DNA from: an uncultured Clostridia bacterium
GTDB lineage: Bacteria; Bacillota; Clostridia; Christensenellales; UBA1242
DNA: 64,000 bases
Direction of reading: 5' to 3'
NCBI GenBank assembly: GCA_944364445.1
Contig: CALVWC010000001.1
Location: 1,575-65,574 of the forward strand
Of this stretch, positions 29,831 to 39,918 are shown one piece after another. Numbering within the stretch: the stretch's first letter is position 1; every line of letters begins with the position of its first letter. Under the pieces are notes generated by a model. The model saw only the letters and a program-made list of their open reading frames with translations, ran no database searches and was not told the DNA's origin. The position numbers and the translations under genes are program-made.

Positions 29831-31819
29831 CTATAAAATTCTAATTTCTTCCGCTTTTGAATAGCAATTCATAATTCTTGCCATTTGTTTAAAATCTTTT
29901 TTGCGTTTTTCCATAAATTTTGAAATTTCGCTGTCCGTGCTTGAACAAGGCAAATTCACAGTTTTATCTTCCACATCTTGCAAATCAAATATACTCATTT
30001 GATAGGAATTTCCTTGCAAAAATTGGTTTTCAGTTAAAGCGGTTGAAAGCGGTTTCAAAAGTTCGTCATCAAATTTTTTAACAATGCCGTCAAGCTTTTT
30101 TCTTGGCAAATTGTTTAGGTCAATTTTGTGGATGGAATTTTCTTTAAAGGTTTCGTAAAGTTCTTCTGGGTTTCGGTATATAGTTTTCGCTTTTGCAATG
30201 CCTTTTTGAAAGGAAGTTTCAATGGAATCATATAAATTCTTAACATCGCTTTCAAATTTTTGGGTAATTTCGTCCACCTCTTCGCCACTTTCCTTATTGT
30301 AAAGAGCGCACATATTTCCGATGTAGGTATAGATTTTCCCCATCAAAACCTCAGATTTTGTGGCAATTTTAACACGGTTGTCGCGATTCTTTAAAATTTC
30401 ATGCAAATCGCGTTTTTCTCGCAAGCCAAATAGGTCTATAAGTTCATCAATTTCTTTAGTCACCTCATCGCTATATTCAGCAAGTTCTTCGTGTCGATAA
30501 TTCAAGTGCAAAAGCGTTAAAAACTTGTCGAACATCTCTTCGTTATTTTTACCAGCAAAAACCTCGTAAAATTTTTGAGCAATCTCACGCTTTGTCATGT
30601 TATAAAGTTTGATTGAAAGAAGGATGTTATTATTTTTAATCTTCTCCACAATCTCAGCGTTAGAAAATTTGTCGAAATATGGCACAATTGCGTCAAGTTT
30701 TCCAGCAACTTTTTCCTTTTCAACACCCGCCTTGTGCAAGTCTATGAAAAGACTTTTAAGTTTTTGTGCATTAACGCCATAAATTTGCCTTGCCTTTTTC
30801 AAAGCCTCAAAGGAAAGTTCCTCGCCAAGATAATCGTGAATAAGCCCAACAACATTCCAATAATTAAAACTAACTCCAAAGAAATTTTCTTTTGAAATTT
30901 TGTTTACACAAGCAAGGTTAGTTGGATTATAAAACAAATTAAAAATAATCTCATCCGCCTCTTCCTCTTTGCAATAAGATTTAAAACAGTTGGTCAGTGC
31001 GTTTTCTTTCCTCTTAATTTCTGCAACATTTATCGATAAAAGCGAGGAATTTTTCGATATCCAATTTCGCAAAGTTTCTTTAAGCGACAATTTTTCGCCC
31101 GTTTTTTCGTAGTGGTCATAGATGTAAATGCTGGCGCGATTGACAATATGGTTATAAGCAAGTTCAACAGATTTTGGGCTTAAAGTGAAAAGAGATGGAT
31201 TGTTGACGAATATATCCACCACCTCGATGTTATTAAAAAGTTGCCCTTGTTTAGTTTTAAAATTCTTTAGAAGTTCAAAATTTTTCTTTACTTTTGTTTT
31301 ATCCGCCTTATAGATCAGCGAAGAACATCTTTCATACATGGAAATAACTTTTTTATCTTCAACGCCAAGGGTTTTTGCAATTGTTGGAAAAACTGAATTA
31401 AACTGTTCATTTTCTTCTTTAAGTTTAGAAAAATTCCCATCTTCATCCAAAAACACTTCGCCATTAGTTAGAACAGCCGAATACACCATTTCATAAGGAT
31501 TGATACCGCGCGCCGTCATATCATGAAAAAGGCTGTTAATTCTTTGATATGACCTTTCGCAATCTTCATTGAAAGATTTAAAATTTAATTTTTGAAAAAT
31601 CACTCTTCCCACTTTTTTCTTATGGTCGATGGAAACAACAGAGGAATACGAATCCAAATATTTTTCAAGTGCTGTTAAAACACTGTCAAGTCGCCTATAA
31701 ATATCCTTGGTTTTGTTGCTGTTCGAGCGAATAAAAGCATCCACCTCATCTGGCAAAAGATTAAAATATTTTTTAGCAAAAGTATAGAGGTCAGTTTTAG
31801 TTGCAATCACACTCAACAT
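29831..31819 (-). CDS. Hypothetical 662-aa alpha-helical repeat protein
   Basis: ATG at 31819 with an AAAGGAG RBS and its own TTGACA-16-TAAAAT promoter. The motif I/F-x-N-N/P-S/N-L-L/F-x-L/I-S recurs (FVNNPSLFTLSPKSV, ISKNSSLLSINVAEI, IKNNNILLSIKLYNM). Confidence 0.65.
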   Translation of the reverse strand: MLSVIATKTDLYTFAKKYFNLLPDEVDAFIRSNSNKTKDIYRRLDSVLTALEKYLDSYSSVVSIDHKKKVGRVIFQKLNFKSFNEDCERSYQRINSLFHDMTARGINPYEMVYSAVLTNGEVFLDEDGNFSKLKEENEQFNSVFPTIAKTLGVEDKKVISMYERCSSLIYKADKTKVKKNFELLKNFKTKQGQLFNNIEVVDIFVNNPSLFTLSPKSVELAYNHIVNRASIYIYDHYEKTGEKLSLKETLRNWISKNSSLLSINVAEIKRKENALTNCFKSYCKEEEADEIIFNLFYNPTNLACVNKISKENFFGVSFNYWNVVGLIHDYLGEELSFEALKKARQIYGVNAQKLKSLFIDLHKAGVEKEKVAGKLDAIVPYFDKFSNAEIVEKIKNNNILLSIKLYNMTKREIAQKFYEVFAGKNNEEMFDKFLTLLHLNYRHEELAEYSDEVTKEIDELIDLFGLREKRDLHEILKNRDNRVKIATKSEVLMGKIYTYIGNMCALYNKESGEEVDEITQKFESDVKNLYDSIETSFQKGIAKAKTIYRNPEELYETFKENSIHKIDLNNLPRKKLDGIVKKFDDELLKPLSTALTENQFLQGNSYQMSIFDLQDVEDKTVNLPCSSTDSEISKFMEKRKKDFKQMARIMNCYSKAEEIRIL

Positions 31820-31836
31820 AACAACTCCTTTAACTA

Positions 31837-31864
31837 ATTTTATCATAAAAAATCGCATTGTCAA
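31837..31864 (-). promoter_or_regulatory. Promoter of the 662-aa ORF
   Basis: On the minus strand: TTGACA (31864-31859), 16 nt, TAAAAT (31842-31837). Confidence 0.7.
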
Positions 31865-31932
31865 GACTTTTTCGACAAATAACAAATATATTTCTCATAA
31901 AAAGTTATAAAACTTGGAAAAAATTTTAGAAC

Positions 31933-31980
31933 AAAAAAAGACTCTCAAGCATAGGGCGCGCAACCTATGCCAGAAAGCCT
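31933..31980 (-). terminator. Intrinsic terminator after tuf
   Basis: GC-rich hairpin with core GCATAGG/CCTATGC (31949-31970) and extended flanking pairing, followed by U7 on the minus strand. Confidence 0.8.
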
Positions 31981-32086
31981 TTTCTTTGCTTAATAATATT
32001 TAAAATGGAAACAAAGTTTTAACACTTTGTGAAGTTATAATTAAATAACTTTTGATGCGTTAAATAAGAATAAACTTATCTTTCAA

Positions 32087-33289
32087 TTATTCAATGATTG
32101 AAGAAACAACGCCAGAACCAACAGTTCTTCCGCCTTCACGAATAGCGAAACGAAGACCTTGTTCAATAGCGATAGGTGAAATAAGAGTGATTGTCATCTT
32201 AACATTATCGCCTGGCATAACCATTTCAACACCTGGTTCAAGTTCGATTGTTCCAGTCACGTCAGTTGTTCTGAAATAGAATTGTGGTCTATATCCATTG
32301 AAGAATGGTGTGTGACGACCGCCTTCCTCTTTCTTCAACACGTAAACTTCAGCAGTGAACTTTGTGTGTGGATGAATTGAGCCCGGTTTGCAGATAACTT
32401 GACCTTTTTCAATTTCGTTTCTTTGAATACCACGAAGAAGAAGTCCAACGTTATCACCTGCACGACCTTCGTCAAGAAGTTTTCTGAACATTTCAACACC
32501 AGTTACAACTGTTTGTTTCTTTTGTCCAAGACCAACGATTTCAACAACGTCGTTAAGTTTAACAACGCCTCTTTCAATTCTACCTGTTGCAACAGTTCCA
32601 CGACCTGTGATTGTGAAAACGTCTTCAACTGGCATTAAGAAAGGTTTATCAACATCTCTCTTTGGCTCTGGAATATAGGAATCAAGAGCGTCAAGAAGTT
32701 CTTGAATGCACTTGCAAGCTGGATCATCAGCCTTTCCTGCTTGAGCTGCTTCCAATGCTTTAAGAGCAGAACCTTTGATAATTGGAGTTGTGTCTCCTGG
32801 GAAACCATATTCGTTAAGCAAATCTCTAACTTCCATTTCAACGAGTTCAAGAAGTTCAGGATCGTCAACTTGATCGGTTTTGTTCATGAAAACAACGATG
32901 TATGGAACGCCAACCTGTCTTGCAAGAAGGATATGCTCTCTTGTTTGAGGCATAGGGCCATCAGTTGCAGCAACAACAAGGATAGCGCCGTCCATTTGAG
33001 CAGCACCTGTAATCATGTTTTTAACATAGTCTGCGTGTCCTGGGCAGTCTACGTGAGCGTAGTGACGCTTAGCAGTTTGATACTCAACGTGAGCAGTGTT
33101 GATTGTGATTCCTCTTGCTTTTTCTTCAGGAGCCTTATCAATTTCATCATATCTCATTTGTTGAGCCAAGCCTCTTAATGCGCAATATGTTGTGATTGCA
33201 GCAGTAAGGGTTGTTTTACCATGGTCAACGTGACCGATTGTTCCCACGTTAACGTGTGGTTTAGATCTATCAAATTTTTCTGTAGCCAT
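32087..33289 (-). CDS. tuf: Elongation factor Tu
   Basis: [27 protein letters not shown]. Full-length 400 aa. Confidence 0.98.
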   Translation of the reverse strand: MATEKFDRSKPHVNVGTIGHVDHGKTTLTAAITTYCALRGLAQQMRYDEIDKAPEEKARGITINTAHVEYQTAKRHYAHVDCPGHADYVKNMITGAAQMDGAILVVAATDGPMPQTREHILLARQVGVPYIVVFMNKTDQVDDPELLELVEMEVRDLLNEYGFPGDTTPIIKGSALKALEAAQAGKADDPACKCIQELLDALDSYIPEPKRDVDKPFLMPVEDVFTITGRGTVATGRIERGVVKLNDVVEIVGLGQKKQTVVTGVEMFRKLLDEGRAGDNVGLLLRGIQRNEIEKGQVICKPGSIHPHTKFTAEVYVLKKEEGGRHTPFFNGYRPQFYFRTTDVTGTIELEPGVEMVMPGDNVKMTITLISPIAIEQGLRFAIREGGRTVGSGVVSSIIE

Positions 33290-33388
33290 TTTTAAAAATC
33301 TCCTTTTTTAATCTACTATGCTATCATAGCACAAATTTATTTTTTTTCAAAGCAATTTTCAATGATTTTCAAAAAATTTTTAAAAATC

Positions 33389-35473
33389 TTATGCTTTTTT
33401 GCGTTGACCGATGATAGTCTCAGCAATATTTCTTGGAACTTCTGAATATTTCAAGAATTCCATTGTGAAGTTTCCACGGCCTTGTGTTTGAGAACGAAGG
33501 TCTGTGGCATAGCCGAACATTTCGCCAAGAGGCACTTCAGCATTAACAACTTGCACGCCTGGGCGGGTTTCATTACCCGTTAAAATTCCACGACGAGAAG
33601 TGATGTTGCCCATAACTGTTCCCAAATAATCGTCTGGCACTTCCACTTGCACCTTCATGATAGGCTCAAGAAGGCATGGGTCTGCCTTAAGGCAAGCATC
33701 CTTAAATGCCATGGAACCAGCGATTTTGAACGCCATTTCAGACGAGTCGACTTCGTGATAAGAACCATCGAGAAGTGTCACTTTATAGTCAACAACTTCA
33801 TATCCAGCCAAAACGCCGTTTTTAGCCGCTTCTTTAATTCCGTTGAACACTGGTTGGATGTATTCTTTTGGAATGGAGCCACCAACTGTTTTGTCGATAA
33901 ATCTTTCAGCGTCCTCAAGATGTGTTCCTGCTGGAACCGGCTCGATGTCGATAACGCAGTGACCATATTGACCTTTACCACCGCTTTGACGAACAAACTT
34001 ACCTTCTGCATGAGCAGGTTTTTTGATTGTTTCCTTATATGCAACTTGTGGCGCGCCTACATTCGCTTCCACTTTAAATTCACGAAGGAGTCTGTCAACA
34101 ATAATTTCAAGGTGAAGTTCGCCCATACCAGCAATGATTGTTTGACCAGTTTCTTGGTCGGTGTAAGTTTTGAAAGTTGGGTCTTCTTCTGCAAGTTTAA
34201 CAAGTGCAAGCACCATTTTTTCTTGCATAAGTTTGGTTTTTGGCTCAATTGCCACCCTGATAACTGGGTCAGGGAAATCCATACTTTCAAGTTGGATTGG
34301 GTGCTTTTCGTCGCAAAGAGTTTCGCCTGTTATGGTGTCTTTAAGTCCAACAATAGCAGCGATGTCACCTGCACCCACCTCTTTAATTTCTTCTCTTTGA
34401 TTTGCGTGCATTCTGATGAGTCTTCCCACTCTTTCCTTTTCGCCCTTATTGGAGTTATAAACATAACTTCCAGCAACAAGTTTTCCAGAATAAACACGGA
34501 AGAAGGCAAGACGACCAACAAATGGGTCTGTCATAATTTTGAAAGCAAGCCCAGCAAATGGAGCATCCTCGCTTGGCGCTCTTGTTTCTTTTTCTCCAGT
34601 TTCTGGATTAACACCTTCGATGTGGTCGATGTCAAGTGGAGATGGAAGATATTCAACCATAGCATCCAAAAGCATCTGCACACCCTTATTCTTATAGGAC
34701 GAACCGCAAAGAACAGGTGTAAGTTTTCTGGAAATTGTGGCATTTCTGATTGCCTTTTTAAGTTCCTCAAGAGAGATTTCCTCGCCGTCGAAATACTTAG
34801 CAAGAAGTGCGTCATCAGTTTCCACAATTTTTTCGATGATCTCGTCGTGAAGTTTTTGAGCGTCCGCTTTATATTCTTCTGGAATATCTGTCACATCAAA
34901 AACTTTTCCAAGGTCATCTTCATAAATTTCCGCTTTCATTGTTAAAATGTCAATAATTCCGCTGAAAGTGTCAGCCGAGCCGATTGGCATTTGAATTGGA
35001 AGTGGATTTGTTTTAAGTCTATCTTCAATACTCTTCACACAGCCGAAAAAGTCTGCTGCATCTCTGTCCATTTTGTTGACATAGATGATTGTTGGAACTT
35101 TGTATTTTTGAGATTGACGCCAAACAGTTTCAGTTTGTGGTTGCACCTTATCGCGAGCGGATAAAACAAGCACAGCGCCGTCCAAAACCTTCAAAGAACG
35201 CTCAACTTCCACAGTGAAGTCAACGTGTCCCGGTGTGTCGATAATGTTGATTTTATGGTTTTTCCAATAGCAAGTTGTGCAGGCAGAAGTGATAGTAATT
35301 CCTCTTTCTTGCTCTTGTGCCATCCAGTCCATTGTGGCTTCGCCGTCATGAACTTCGCCGATTTTGTGACTTTTACCAGTGTAGAAAAGAATTCTTTCGG
35401 TGGTTGTGGTCTTACCAGCATCAATATGCGCCATGATACCAATATTCCTAACCATATTTAAATCGGTAGCCAT
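33389..35473 (-). CDS. fusA: Elongation factor G
   Basis: [32 protein letters not shown]. 694 aa. Confidence 0.98.
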   Translation of the reverse strand: MATDLNMVRNIGIMAHIDAGKTTTTERILFYTGKSHKIGEVHDGEATMDWMAQEQERGITITSACTTCYWKNHKINIIDTPGHVDFTVEVERSLKVLDGAVLVLSARDKVQPQTETVWRQSQKYKVPTIIYVNKMDRDAADFFGCVKSIEDRLKTNPLPIQMPIGSADTFSGIIDILTMKAEIYEDDLGKVFDVTDIPEEYKADAQKLHDEIIEKIVETDDALLAKYFDGEEISLEELKKAIRNATISRKLTPVLCGSSYKNKGVQMLLDAMVEYLPSPLDIDHIEGVNPETGEKETRAPSEDAPFAGLAFKIMTDPFVGRLAFFRVYSGKLVAGSYVYNSNKGEKERVGRLIRMHANQREEIKEVGAGDIAAIVGLKDTITGETLCDEKHPIQLESMDFPDPVIRVAIEPKTKLMQEKMVLALVKLAEEDPTFKTYTDQETGQTIIAGMGELHLEIIVDRLLREFKVEANVGAPQVAYKETIKKPAHAEGKFVRQSGGKGQYGHCVIDIEPVPAGTHLEDAERFIDKTVGGSIPKEYIQPVFNGIKEAAKNGVLAGYEVVDYKVTLLDGSYHEVDSSEMAFKIAGSMAFKDACLKADPCLLEPIMKVQVEVPDDYLGTVMGNITSRRGILTGNETRPGVQVVNAEVPLGEMFGYATDLRSQTQGRGNFTMEFLKYSEVPRNIAETIIGQRKKA

Positions 35474-35485
35474 TTTTTTCTCCTT

Positions 35486-35869
35486 TTACTTAGTTTTTTC
35501 ATTATGATTATTTTCATTTGAATTTGAAAAACTGTTTAAAATAACATTTTTTTCGTTATCTAAATATTTTTCCAAACCTTTTTTATACTCTTCGCCAAAT
35601 TTTTCATAAAGCGCGCTTCTCCACATATTGATTGTGCGCCTCTGTAAAGGAAGAACTCTGCTGTGGCAATTATGAAAAGCGGTGTTAGAAACAGCATTAA
35701 TATCAAAATCCTTTAGATATGCAACAAATGGTTGTTGGTCATCTTGGTTTATTTTCATGGTTAATTCCACACTTTTTGTGCCAACTCCATTTAGTTCCAC
35801 AATCATTTTTCCATAACGATCTTGAAATATTTTTGTGATATCTTCCTTTGATAACTTTTCAATGAACAT
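35486..35869 (-). CDS. Hypothetical 127-aa protein inserted between rpsG and fusA
   Basis: AAGGAGGAAGTT-ATG RBS and start at 35869. The stop lies 13 nt before the fusA RBS and start. No motif recognised. Confidence 0.6.
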   Translation of the reverse strand: MFIEKLSKEDITKIFQDRYGKMIVELNGVGTKSVELTMKINQDDQQPFVAYLKDFDINAVSNTAFHNCHSRVLPLQRRTINMWRSALYEKFGEEYKKGLEKYLDNEKNVILNSFSNSNENNHNEKTK

Positions 35870-36013
35870 AACTTCCTCCTTCATCTTTCGCGTTCTTGTT
35901 TTGGATGTTTATGCGCGTATAACTTTTTCAAGTTTATAAGAGCATATTCTTCATCCTTAATAGTTTTTTGGCTATTTGGTCGAGTTTTAAACATTTCGCA
36001 TTTTTTCATGAAA

Positions 36014-36487
36014 TTACCACTTATAGTGAGCAAATGCTTTGTTTGCTTCAGCCATTCTGTGCATTTCATCACGCTTTTTAATGGAAGCACCTGTGTTATT
36101 ATATGCATCCATAAGTTCGCCTGCAAGTTTAGCATCCATATTTCTTTCGCCAGTTCTCTTTCTTGCGTTGTTCACAATCCAACGAATAGCAAGTGTTTGG
36201 CGTCTTTCTGGCCTAATTTCCATTGGCACTTGGTATGTTGCACCGCCCACTCTGCGACCTTTTGTTTCAAGCATAGGCTTAACATTTTCAATCGCGGTCA
36301 AGCAAACATCAAGAGGTTCCAAACTTGTTTTTTCTTTAATAATGTCAAACGAACCATAAACAATTCTTTGTGCAAGTCCTTTTTTACCACTCAACATAAC
36401 TTGGTTTGTTAACTTTGTGACAACCTTGTTGTTATAGATTGGATCTGGTAAAACATCTTTCTTTGTCGCACATTTTCTTCTTGGCAT
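36014..36487 (-). CDS. rpsG: 30S ribosomal protein S7
   Basis: [19 protein letters not shown]... and C-terminal [10 protein letters not shown]. Confidence 0.97.
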   Translation of the reverse strand: MPRRKCATKKDVLPDPIYNNKVVTKLTNQVMLSGKKGLAQRIVYGSFDIIKEKTSLEPLDVCLTAIENVKPMLETKGRRVGGATYQVPMEIRPERRQTLAIRWIVNNARKRTGERNMDAKLAGELMDAYNNTGASIKKRDEMHRMAEANKAFAHYKW

Positions 36488-36521
36488 TGGTTTTACTCCT
36501 TTTATCTAAATTTTGTTTTTC

Positions 36522-36896
36522 TTACTTCTTAGGTCTTTTTGCGCCATACTTAGAACGGCTTTGTTTTCTGTTGGCAACACCAGCAGTATCCAAAGTGCCT
36601 CTAACAATGTGATAACGCACACCCGGCAAATCTTTAACACGTCCGCCACGAACAAGCACAACACTGTGCTCTTGGAGGTTGTGTCCTACGCCTGGGATAT
36701 AGCAAGTTCCTTCTTGACCGTTGGAAAGTTTAACTCTGGCAATCTTACGAAGAGCGGAGTTAGGCTTTTTAGGTGTTGCAGTTCTAACAGACAAACAAAC
36801 ACCGCGCTTTTGAGGGCACTCTTCAAGAAGTGGTGCTTTTTTCTTTTTCTCGAAAGTTTTGCGACCTTTTCTCACTAATTGGTTAAATGTAGGCAT
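36522..36896 (-). CDS. rpsL: 30S ribosomal protein S12
   Basis: [13 protein letters not shown]...[10 protein letters not shown]...[14 protein letters not shown]. Confidence 0.97.
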   Translation of the reverse strand: MPTFNQLVRKGRKTFEKKKKAPLLEECPQKRGVCLSVRTATPKKPNSALRKIARVKLSNGQEGTCYIPGVGHNLQEHSVVLVRGGRVKDLPGVRYHIVRGTLDTAGVANRKQSRSKYGAKRPKK

Positions 36897-36950
36897 TTTA
36901 TTCTCCTTTTAGTTCAAATTTTCAGTTTTAAATCGTGAATTGGATTTGTC

Positions 36951-37151
36951 AAAAAAAAGACGCGTTTCCGCGTCAAAAAAATATGCTTTATTTGGCAAAC
37001 ATGAACAACACAATCGCAAAGCGACTTTGAAGAGAACTTCAAATCGGTGAAAGCAACCGCCCACCTGTTGTTTGTTTATGCTTAAACTTAAGCATATGTT
37101 TCCGACAACGAAACATGGCTATATTATATATAAAAAGAAAAGCATTGTCAA
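36951..37151 (-). ncRNA. Promoter-to-terminator structured RNA (about 165 nt): candidate sRNA or attenuator-type leader of the rpsL operon
   Basis: On the minus strand: TTGACA (37151-37146), 17 nt, TATAAT (37128-37123). Several hand-foldable helices, e.g. ATGTTTC/GAAACAT, ATGCTTA/TAAGCAT, TTTGAAG/CTTCAAA and AAACAAACAACA with TGTTGTTCATGTTT. Terminator GACGCGGAAACGCGTC (36959-36974) plus U8. Confidence 0.45.
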
Positions 37152-37229
37152 GTGTTTTTGCTCTTCTTTTCAAAATTTATTGAAAAATCTTTGAATAAAA
37201 GAAAAAGAGCGTTCATAACGCCCTTTCAA

Positions 37230-37883
37230 TTATTTTCCTGCCATTTGTTTTGCAACTTCTTCTGCCAAATTGTCGTGTCTTTTCTCTAAGCCCTCGCCAA
37301 GTTCATAACGAGTGAATCTTCTGATAGAGATTTTTTCGCCAATTTTTAAAGTTGCTTCTGTTAAAATATCCTTAATCGTTTTACTGCTGTCTTTAACGAA
37401 TGGTTGGTTAAGAAGGCAGAAATCTTCATAATACTTTTTAATTCTTCCCTCAATCATTCTGTCAACAATGTTTGCTGGTTTACCCTCGTTAAGCGCTTGA
37501 ACACGCAAAATTTCCTTTTCATTTTCAAGTTCTTGTGGGTCAACTTCCGCCTCGCTGACATATTTTGGATTTGCAGCAGCAATTTGCATAGCAATATCTT
37601 TAACTAAGTTTTGGAAATCAGCACTCTTTGCCACGAAATCGGTTTCGCAGTTAACTTCCACCAAAACGCCAATCTTTCCGCCCATGTGGATGTAAGAAGA
37701 AACAACACCTTCGGAAGCAATTCTTCCTTGTTTCTTATCAACCGCCTTAAGTCCTCTTTCTCTTAAAAGCACAATGGCTTTTTCAAAATCACCATTAGCA
37801 TCAGTGAGTGCCTTTTTGCACTCCATCATGCCAACACCTGTTTGTTGTCTTAATTTTGCAACATCTTGTGCAGTAAAACTCAT
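37230..37883 (-). CDS. tsf: Elongation factor Ts (short form)
   Basis: [22 protein letters not shown]-like N-terminus. Follows rpsB. Confidence 0.95.
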   Translation of the reverse strand: MSFTAQDVAKLRQQTGVGMMECKKALTDANGDFEKAIVLLRERGLKAVDKKQGRIASEGVVSSYIHMGGKIGVLVEVNCETDFVAKSADFQNLVKDIAMQIAAANPKYVSEAEVDPQELENEKEILRVQALNEGKPANIVDRMIEGRIKKYYEDFCLLNQPFVKDSSKTIKDILTEATLKIGEKISIRRFTRYELGEGLEKRHDNLAEEVAKQMAGK

Positions 37884-37907
37884 AATTTTATCTCCTTTTA
37901 AAAATAA

Positions 37908-38789
37908 TTATTCTGCGTCTTTCTTTTCTTCAACCTTTTCGGTTTTTTCCACTTTTTCTTTCTTCACAGCAGGTTTCTTTCTTGGTTTTTTGTTGGTTTT
38001 CTTAACCTCTTCGCCAGCCTCAGCAAGTTCTAAACTTGGCTTTGCCTCAGTGAGTAAACTTTCAAGGTCAACTTGTTCATCCTCGCCCTCTTCTTTCTTC
38101 ATGGAAACACCTTCGCGTGCTTCAATAACAGCGTCAGCCATAGCACTTGCGATAAGTTTAACGGAACGAATAGCATCGTCGTTTCCAGGAATAACAACTG
38201 TCACATTTGATGGATCGCAGTTGGTGTCAACAAGTGAAACAACAGGAATGTTTAAGATGTTTGCTTCATGAACGCAAATTTTTTCGTTTGTTGGGTCAAC
38301 CACGAAAAGTGCGCCAGGAAGTTCACGCATCTCTTTAATTCCGCCTAAATTCTTTTCAAGTTTATCTCTTTCTTGCTTTAAAAGAGCAACCTCTTTCTTT
38401 GGAAGAAGGTCAAATTCTCCCACCTTTTCCATTTGATTAAGTTTGTTCAATCTTTCCACTCTGTTTCTGATGGTTTTGAAGTTTGTTAAAGTTCCACCAA
38501 GCCAACGAGTGTTGATATAGAACATTCCACATCTTTCGGCTTCTTCTTTAATAGCCTCTTGTGCTTGTTTCTTTGTTCCCACAAAGAGAATGTTTTTGCC
38601 AGAAGCAACAACATCGCGAACAAAATTATATGCTTTGTCGATTTGCTCCTGTGTCACTTCAAGATTTAAAATGTGAATATCATTTCTGGCAGTGAAAATG
38701 TATTGCTTCATTTTTGGGTTCCACTTTCTTGTTTGATGACCGAAGTGAACGCCCGCTTCAAGAAGTTGTTTCATTGAAATAACTGACAT
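37908..38789 (-). CDS. rpsB: 30S ribosomal protein S2 with a K/E-rich C-terminal extension
   Basis: [20 protein letters not shown]-terminus. The roughly 60-aa charged tail is unusual but in frame. Confidence 0.95.
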   Translation of the reverse strand: MSVISMKQLLEAGVHFGHQTRKWNPKMKQYIFTARNDIHILNLEVTQEQIDKAYNFVRDVVASGKNILFVGTKKQAQEAIKEEAERCGMFYINTRWLGGTLTNFKTIRNRVERLNKLNQMEKVGEFDLLPKKEVALLKQERDKLEKNLGGIKEMRELPGALFVVDPTNEKICVHEANILNIPVVSLVDTNCDPSNVTVVIPGNDDAIRSVKLIASAMADAVIEAREGVSMKKEEGEDEQVDLESLLTEAKPSLELAEAGEEVKKTNKKPRKKPAVKKEKVEKTEKVEEKKDAE

Positions 38790-38971
38790 AATTTTTTACC
38801 TCCCTTGTTTTTGTCCTTCCCACAAACATCAACTTTTTAAGTCAACCCAAGATCACACTTTTACCTGCAAACAAATTCAAAATTAAAAAACAAAAAACAA
38901 AAGTTTGCAAGCGTTCAGGCAACCGACCTAAAAATACGCCCATGGTGCTTATTTGTCTCAATGACACAGCG

Positions 38972-39000
38972 ATTATATCATATAAAAAAAAATATTGCAA
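38972..39000 (-). promoter_or_regulatory. Promoter of rpsB-tsf (implies a 5' UTR of about 175 nt)
   Basis: On the minus strand: TTGCAA (39000-38995), 17 nt, TATAAT (38977-38972). Confidence 0.65.
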
Positions 39001-39028
39001 GCGTTTTACGCAAATTTATTTTTTTCTA

Positions 39029-39057
39029 TTGACTTTTATCTTTCAAATTGTTAAAAT
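39029..39057 (+). promoter_or_regulatory. Divergent promoter of the 39085 ORF
   Basis: TTGACT (39029-39034), 17 nt, TAAAAT (39052-39057). Confidence 0.65.
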
Positions 39058-39084
39058 TCATATACTTAAATGTTGGAGGTAAAA

Positions 39085-39888
39085 ATGACCGTTTTTGAAT
39101 TATACGAAAAAGACTTATATATTCCATATAAAAACCTATTAAATGTTGAACTAACCTATGAAATTTTGTGTAAGCAAATTGAATATGCTAAAAAACAAGA
39201 AATAATCAATGATGTTGAAGTGCGAGGACTTTTAAAATTTGTGCAAGAAAAGCTTAATGGGCTTTTAAACAAATATTCAGTGGAAAGTGAAGATTGCAAA
39301 GTGACAGAAAAGTTTAATGACCACAGCATTATTCAAGAAATCTTCTCTTCTCAACAAAACTATGGCACAATTTGCGACAAACTTATGAAAATTAAAGCAA
39401 ATGTTTTAGACAACAAAACAGCGCTTAAACCACTTAAAGAAGAAATCGCTAAATTCGATTGCCCTTTCAAAAAACTTGCGCCATACATTGAAAAAGAAAC
39501 AAAAAACGAATGGCTCTTTAAAAAAGAAGTGAATGGAAAAGTGAATGTTGGCAAAAAACAAGCGCCTGAAAGCGTGAAAGTTTTGTTGGTTTCAAAAAAT
39601 GGTTTTAAGATTAATGTTATAGAAAGAAGTTTATCTAATCTTAAAAACATAAACTACGAAAATTTTTCAAAGGTATATAAAGAAATCAACAATTTGTTTC
39701 TTGGATATTTCGACAGCAAAAAAATTCTTGAAGATGAAAACATCCCAGACATTGTTAAATTTGCCACCTATAAACGCATGAAAGAAACGCACCTGTCACC
39801 ACAAGTTTTAAAAAATCCACTCATTCACAGCACTTTCAAAAAAATTGTGAACGAAAACTTAAAAGTAAAAATTAAAAATCAAGTTTAA
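39085..39888 (+). CDS. Hypothetical protein (267 aa)
   Basis: GGAGGT RBS before the ATG at 39085. Terminator-like hairpin ATCAAG/CTTGAT plus a T-run overlaps the stop (about 39871-39897). No motif recognised. Confidence 0.6.
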   Translation: MTVFELYEKDLYIPYKNLLNVELTYEILCKQIEYAKKQEIINDVEVRGLLKFVQEKLNGLLNKYSVESEDCKVTEKFNDHSIIQEIFSSQQNYGTICDKLMKIKANVLDNKTALKPLKEEIAKFDCPFKKLAPYIEKETKNEWLFKKEVNGKVNVGKKQAPESVKVLLVSKNGFKINVIERSLSNLKNINYENFSKVYKEINNLFLGYFDSKKILEDENIPDIVKFATYKRMKETHLSPQVLKNPLIHSTFKKIVNENLKVKIKNQV

Positions 39889-39918
39889 CGCTTGATTTTT
39901 TTCTATTGTATATGAAAT

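Noticed and set aside
33647-34945. 432-aa plus-strand ORF
   Set aside because: It lies entirely antisense to fusA, whose EF-G identity is unambiguous. The product is a low-complexity F/K/N/C-rich sequence with no RBS. It is a typical stop-poor antisense frame of a codon-biased gene.
35881-36135. 84-aa minus-strand ORF overlapping the 3' end of rpsG
   Set aside because: It is an out-of-frame overlap with the conserved S7 gene and has no RBS. The downstream 127-aa ORF has its own strong RBS.
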